DNA of 64,000 bases from Mobula hypostoma (taxonomy: Eukaryota): contig NC_086097.1 in assembly GCF_963921235.1 (NCBI RefSeq), positions 131,070,001-131,134,000 on the forward strand, read 5' to 3'. The notes below the pieces were generated by a model. The model made no database searches. It had not been told where the DNA came from and saw only the letters and a list, made by a program, of their open reading frames with translations. This document shows, piece after piece, positions 61,078 to 64,000 of this stretch. The first letter of the stretch is position 1. Each line of letters begins with the position of its first letter. A program made the position numbers and the translations under genes.

Positions 61078-64000
61078 ATTATAAGACCATAAGACCACAA
61101 GACAGAGCAGCAGAATTAGGCCATTTGGCCCATCATGACTGCTCCGCCATTCATTCATGGCTGATCCTTTTTTCCCTTCCTCAGCCCCACTCCCCGGTCT
61201 TCTCCCTGTAACCTTTGATGCCATGTCCAATCAAGAACCTATCAAGCTCTGCCTGAAATACACCCAAAAACCTGGCCTCCACAGTTGCCTGTGGTAACAA
61301 ATTCCACAAATTCACCACCCCCTGGCTAAAGAAATTTTTACTCATCTCTGTTTTAAATGGACACCCCTCTATCCTGAATCTGTGCCCTCTTATCCTAGAC
61401 TCTCTCACTATGGGAAACATCTACTCTGTCTAGGCCTTTCAACATTTGAAAGGTTTCAATGAAATCCCTTCTCATCCTTCTAAATTCCAGCGAGTACAGA
61501 CCCAGAGCTATCAAACGATCCTTCTATGATAACCCTATCTTTCCCAGAATCATCCTAGTGAGCCTCCTCTGAACGCTCTCCAATGCCAGAACATCTTTTT
61601 TTAGATAAGGAGCCCAAAACAGTACATAATACTCAAGGTGAGGCCTCAACAGTGCCTTATAAAGCCCCAGCATCACATCCCTGTTCTTCTATTTTAGACC
61701 TCTTGAAATGAATGCTAACATTGCATTTGCCTTCCTCACCACTGACTCTACCTGCATGTTAACCTTTAGGATGGTCCCAAGTCCCTTCACATCTCAGATT
61801 TTTGGATTTTCTCCCCATTTAGAAAATAGTCCACACACTTATTTCTACTTCCGCAGTGCATGACCATGTATTTTCCAACATTGTATTTCATTTGCTACTT
61901 TCTTGCCCATTCTCCTAATCTGTCTAATTCCTTCTGCAGCCTACCTGTTTCACCAACACCACCTGCCCATCCACCAATCTTCATATCACTTGCAAACTTG
62001 GCAACAAAACCATCTATTCCATCAGCTAAATCATCAATACACAGCATTAAAAAAGCAGTCCAAACACCGACCCCTGAGGACCACCACTAGCCACCAGCAG
62101 CCAACCAGAAAAGGATCCTTTTATTCCCACTCACTGCCCCTACCAATCAGCCAATGTTCTAATCATGCCAGTAACTTTCCTGTAATACCATGGGTTCTTA
62201 ACTTGGTAAGCAGCCTCATGTGTGGCACTTTGTCAAAGGCCTTCTGAAAGTCCATATATACAACATCCACTGTGTCCTCTTTATCTATCCTACTTGTAAT
62301 CTCCTCAAAGAATTCCAACAGATTCATCAGGCAAGATTTTCCCTGAAGGAAATCATGTTGACTTTGTACTATCTTGTCCTGTGTCGCCAAGTACCCCACA
62401 ACCTCATCCTTAACAACTGACTCCAACAACTTCCCAGCCACTGAGGTCGGGCTAACTGTTCTATAATTTCCTTTCTGCTGCCCTCCTCCTTTCTTAAAGA
62501 GTGGAGTGACATTTACAATTTTCCAGTCCTCATGCCAGAGTTCAATGATTTTAGAAAGATCATTACTAATGCCTCCACAATCTCTACGGCTACCTCTTTT
62601 AGAACCCCAGGCTGCAGTTTATTTGGTCTGGTTGACCTATGTACCCTTAGGTCCTTCAGCTTTTTGAGCACCTTCTCCCCTGTAATAATCACTGCATTTA
62701 CTTCTCTTCCCTCACACCCTTCAACATCTGGCAAATTGCTAATGTCTTCCACAGTGAAGACCTGATGCAAAATACTCACTTAGTTCATCTGCTGTCTCCA
62801 TGTCCCCATTATTATTTCTCTGGCTTCATTTTCTAGTGGCCCTATATTCACTCTCATCTCTCTTTTATTTTTTACATACTTGAAAAAGCTTTTACTATCC
62901 ACTTTGATATTGTTTGCAAGCTTGCTTTCATTTTTCATCTTTCCCTCTTGATGATTCTTTTAGTTACTTTCTGTAGGGTTTTTAAAGCTTCCCAATCCTC
63001 TGTCTTCCCGCTAATTTTTACATTGTTGTATGCTCTCTTTTTTGCTTTTACATTAGCTTTGACTTCCCTCATCAGCCACAGTTGTACTATTTTGCCATTG
63101 AGTATTTCTTTGTTTTTGGAATACATCTATTCTGCACCTTCCTCATTTTTTCCCAGAAACTCAAGCCATTACTGATCTGCTGTCATCCCTGCATGCATTT
63201 CCTTCTGATTTTCTTTGGCCAACTCCTCTCTTATACCACTGTAATTCCCTTTACTCCACTGAAATACTGCTATGTTAGACCTTACTTTCTCCCTATCAAA
63301 TTTCAAGTTGAATCATATTGTGATCACTTACTCTTAAGGGTTCCTTTACCTTAAGATCCCTAATCACCTCTGGTTCATTACATAACACCCAATCCAATAG
63401 GTTCAATGACAAACTGCTCTAAAAAGCCATCTTGTAGGCATTCAACAAACTCAGTCTCTTGAGATCCATTACCAACCTGATTTTCCAAATCGATCTGCAT
63501 GTTGAAATCTCCTATGACTATTATAAGATTGCCCTTTTGACAAGCCTTTTCTATTTCCCATTTTAATCTGTGGTCCACTTCCCATCTACAGTTGGGAGGC
63601 CTGTATATAACTGCCATCAGGGTTCTTTTACCCTTGCAATTTCTTAACTCAATCCACAAGGAATCAACATCTTCCGATCCTATGTCACATCTTTCTACTG
63701 ATTTGATGCCATTCATTACCAGCTGATCCATTCCTCCCCCTCTGCCTACCTTCCTACCCTTCTGATATAACTTGTAACCTTAGACATTCAGCTCCCAACT
63801 ACAACCATCCTTCAGCCACGATTCAGTGATGGCCGCAACATCATACCTGATAATCTGTAATAGTGCAAGAAAATAATCCACCTTATTTTTTATACTCTGT
63901 GCATTGAGATATAGCAATTTGAGTACTGCATTTGCTACCCTTTTTTGATTCTGCATCCTTAATGTACTGATACTCACCCTGCTGCCTGCCCTTCCTGACA
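61078..64000 (-). mobile_element. CR1 LINE ORF2 (runs off the window), same subfamily as 55-3645
   Basis: LLYLNAQSIKNKVD...ITESWL, IYRPPN, GDFN, YMDFQKAFDKVPH; tail (ataagacc)n; collinear with 55-2760. Confidence 0.95.

Overview
Vertebrate genomic DNA, about two-thirds transposon-derived. The repeat families (CR1 LINEs with an SGNH-esterase ORF1, Rex1/Babar LINEs, V-SINE/HE1-like SINEs, Penelope-like elements, Tc1/mariner/Tigger elements) point to a cartilaginous fish, probably a ray; this is inference from remembered repeat sequences. The only host-gene coding sequence I can support is the first coding exon of the P4-ATPase flippase ATP9B (minus strand, 32166-32090, MADNIPLRPVRSLQKRHEYYPGRQSR, phase-2 GT donor) in a CpG island. 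Bases 1-32089 would be intron 1 (exon 2 not found) and 32.3-64 kb upstream intergenic DNA, towards SALL3 if synteny holds. Nearly all listed ORFs are decayed TE frames or chance ORFs. Most notable: (i) minimal type I hammerhead-ribozyme motifs on Penelope-derived short elements, two with clean target-site duplications; (ii) a chimeric Tigger MITE with a core very close to mammalian MER2, a horizontal-transfer candidate; (iii) a perfect 41-bp-arm hairpin; (iv) an inverted templated insertion of a CR1's own 3' end plus flank; (v) a G-rich minisatellite next to the ATP9B exon 1 donor; (vi) a diverged duplicated segment with codon-like substitution bias. I see no convincing wholly new multi-gene system. 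TE boundaries are approximate unless TSD/TIR coordinates are given.
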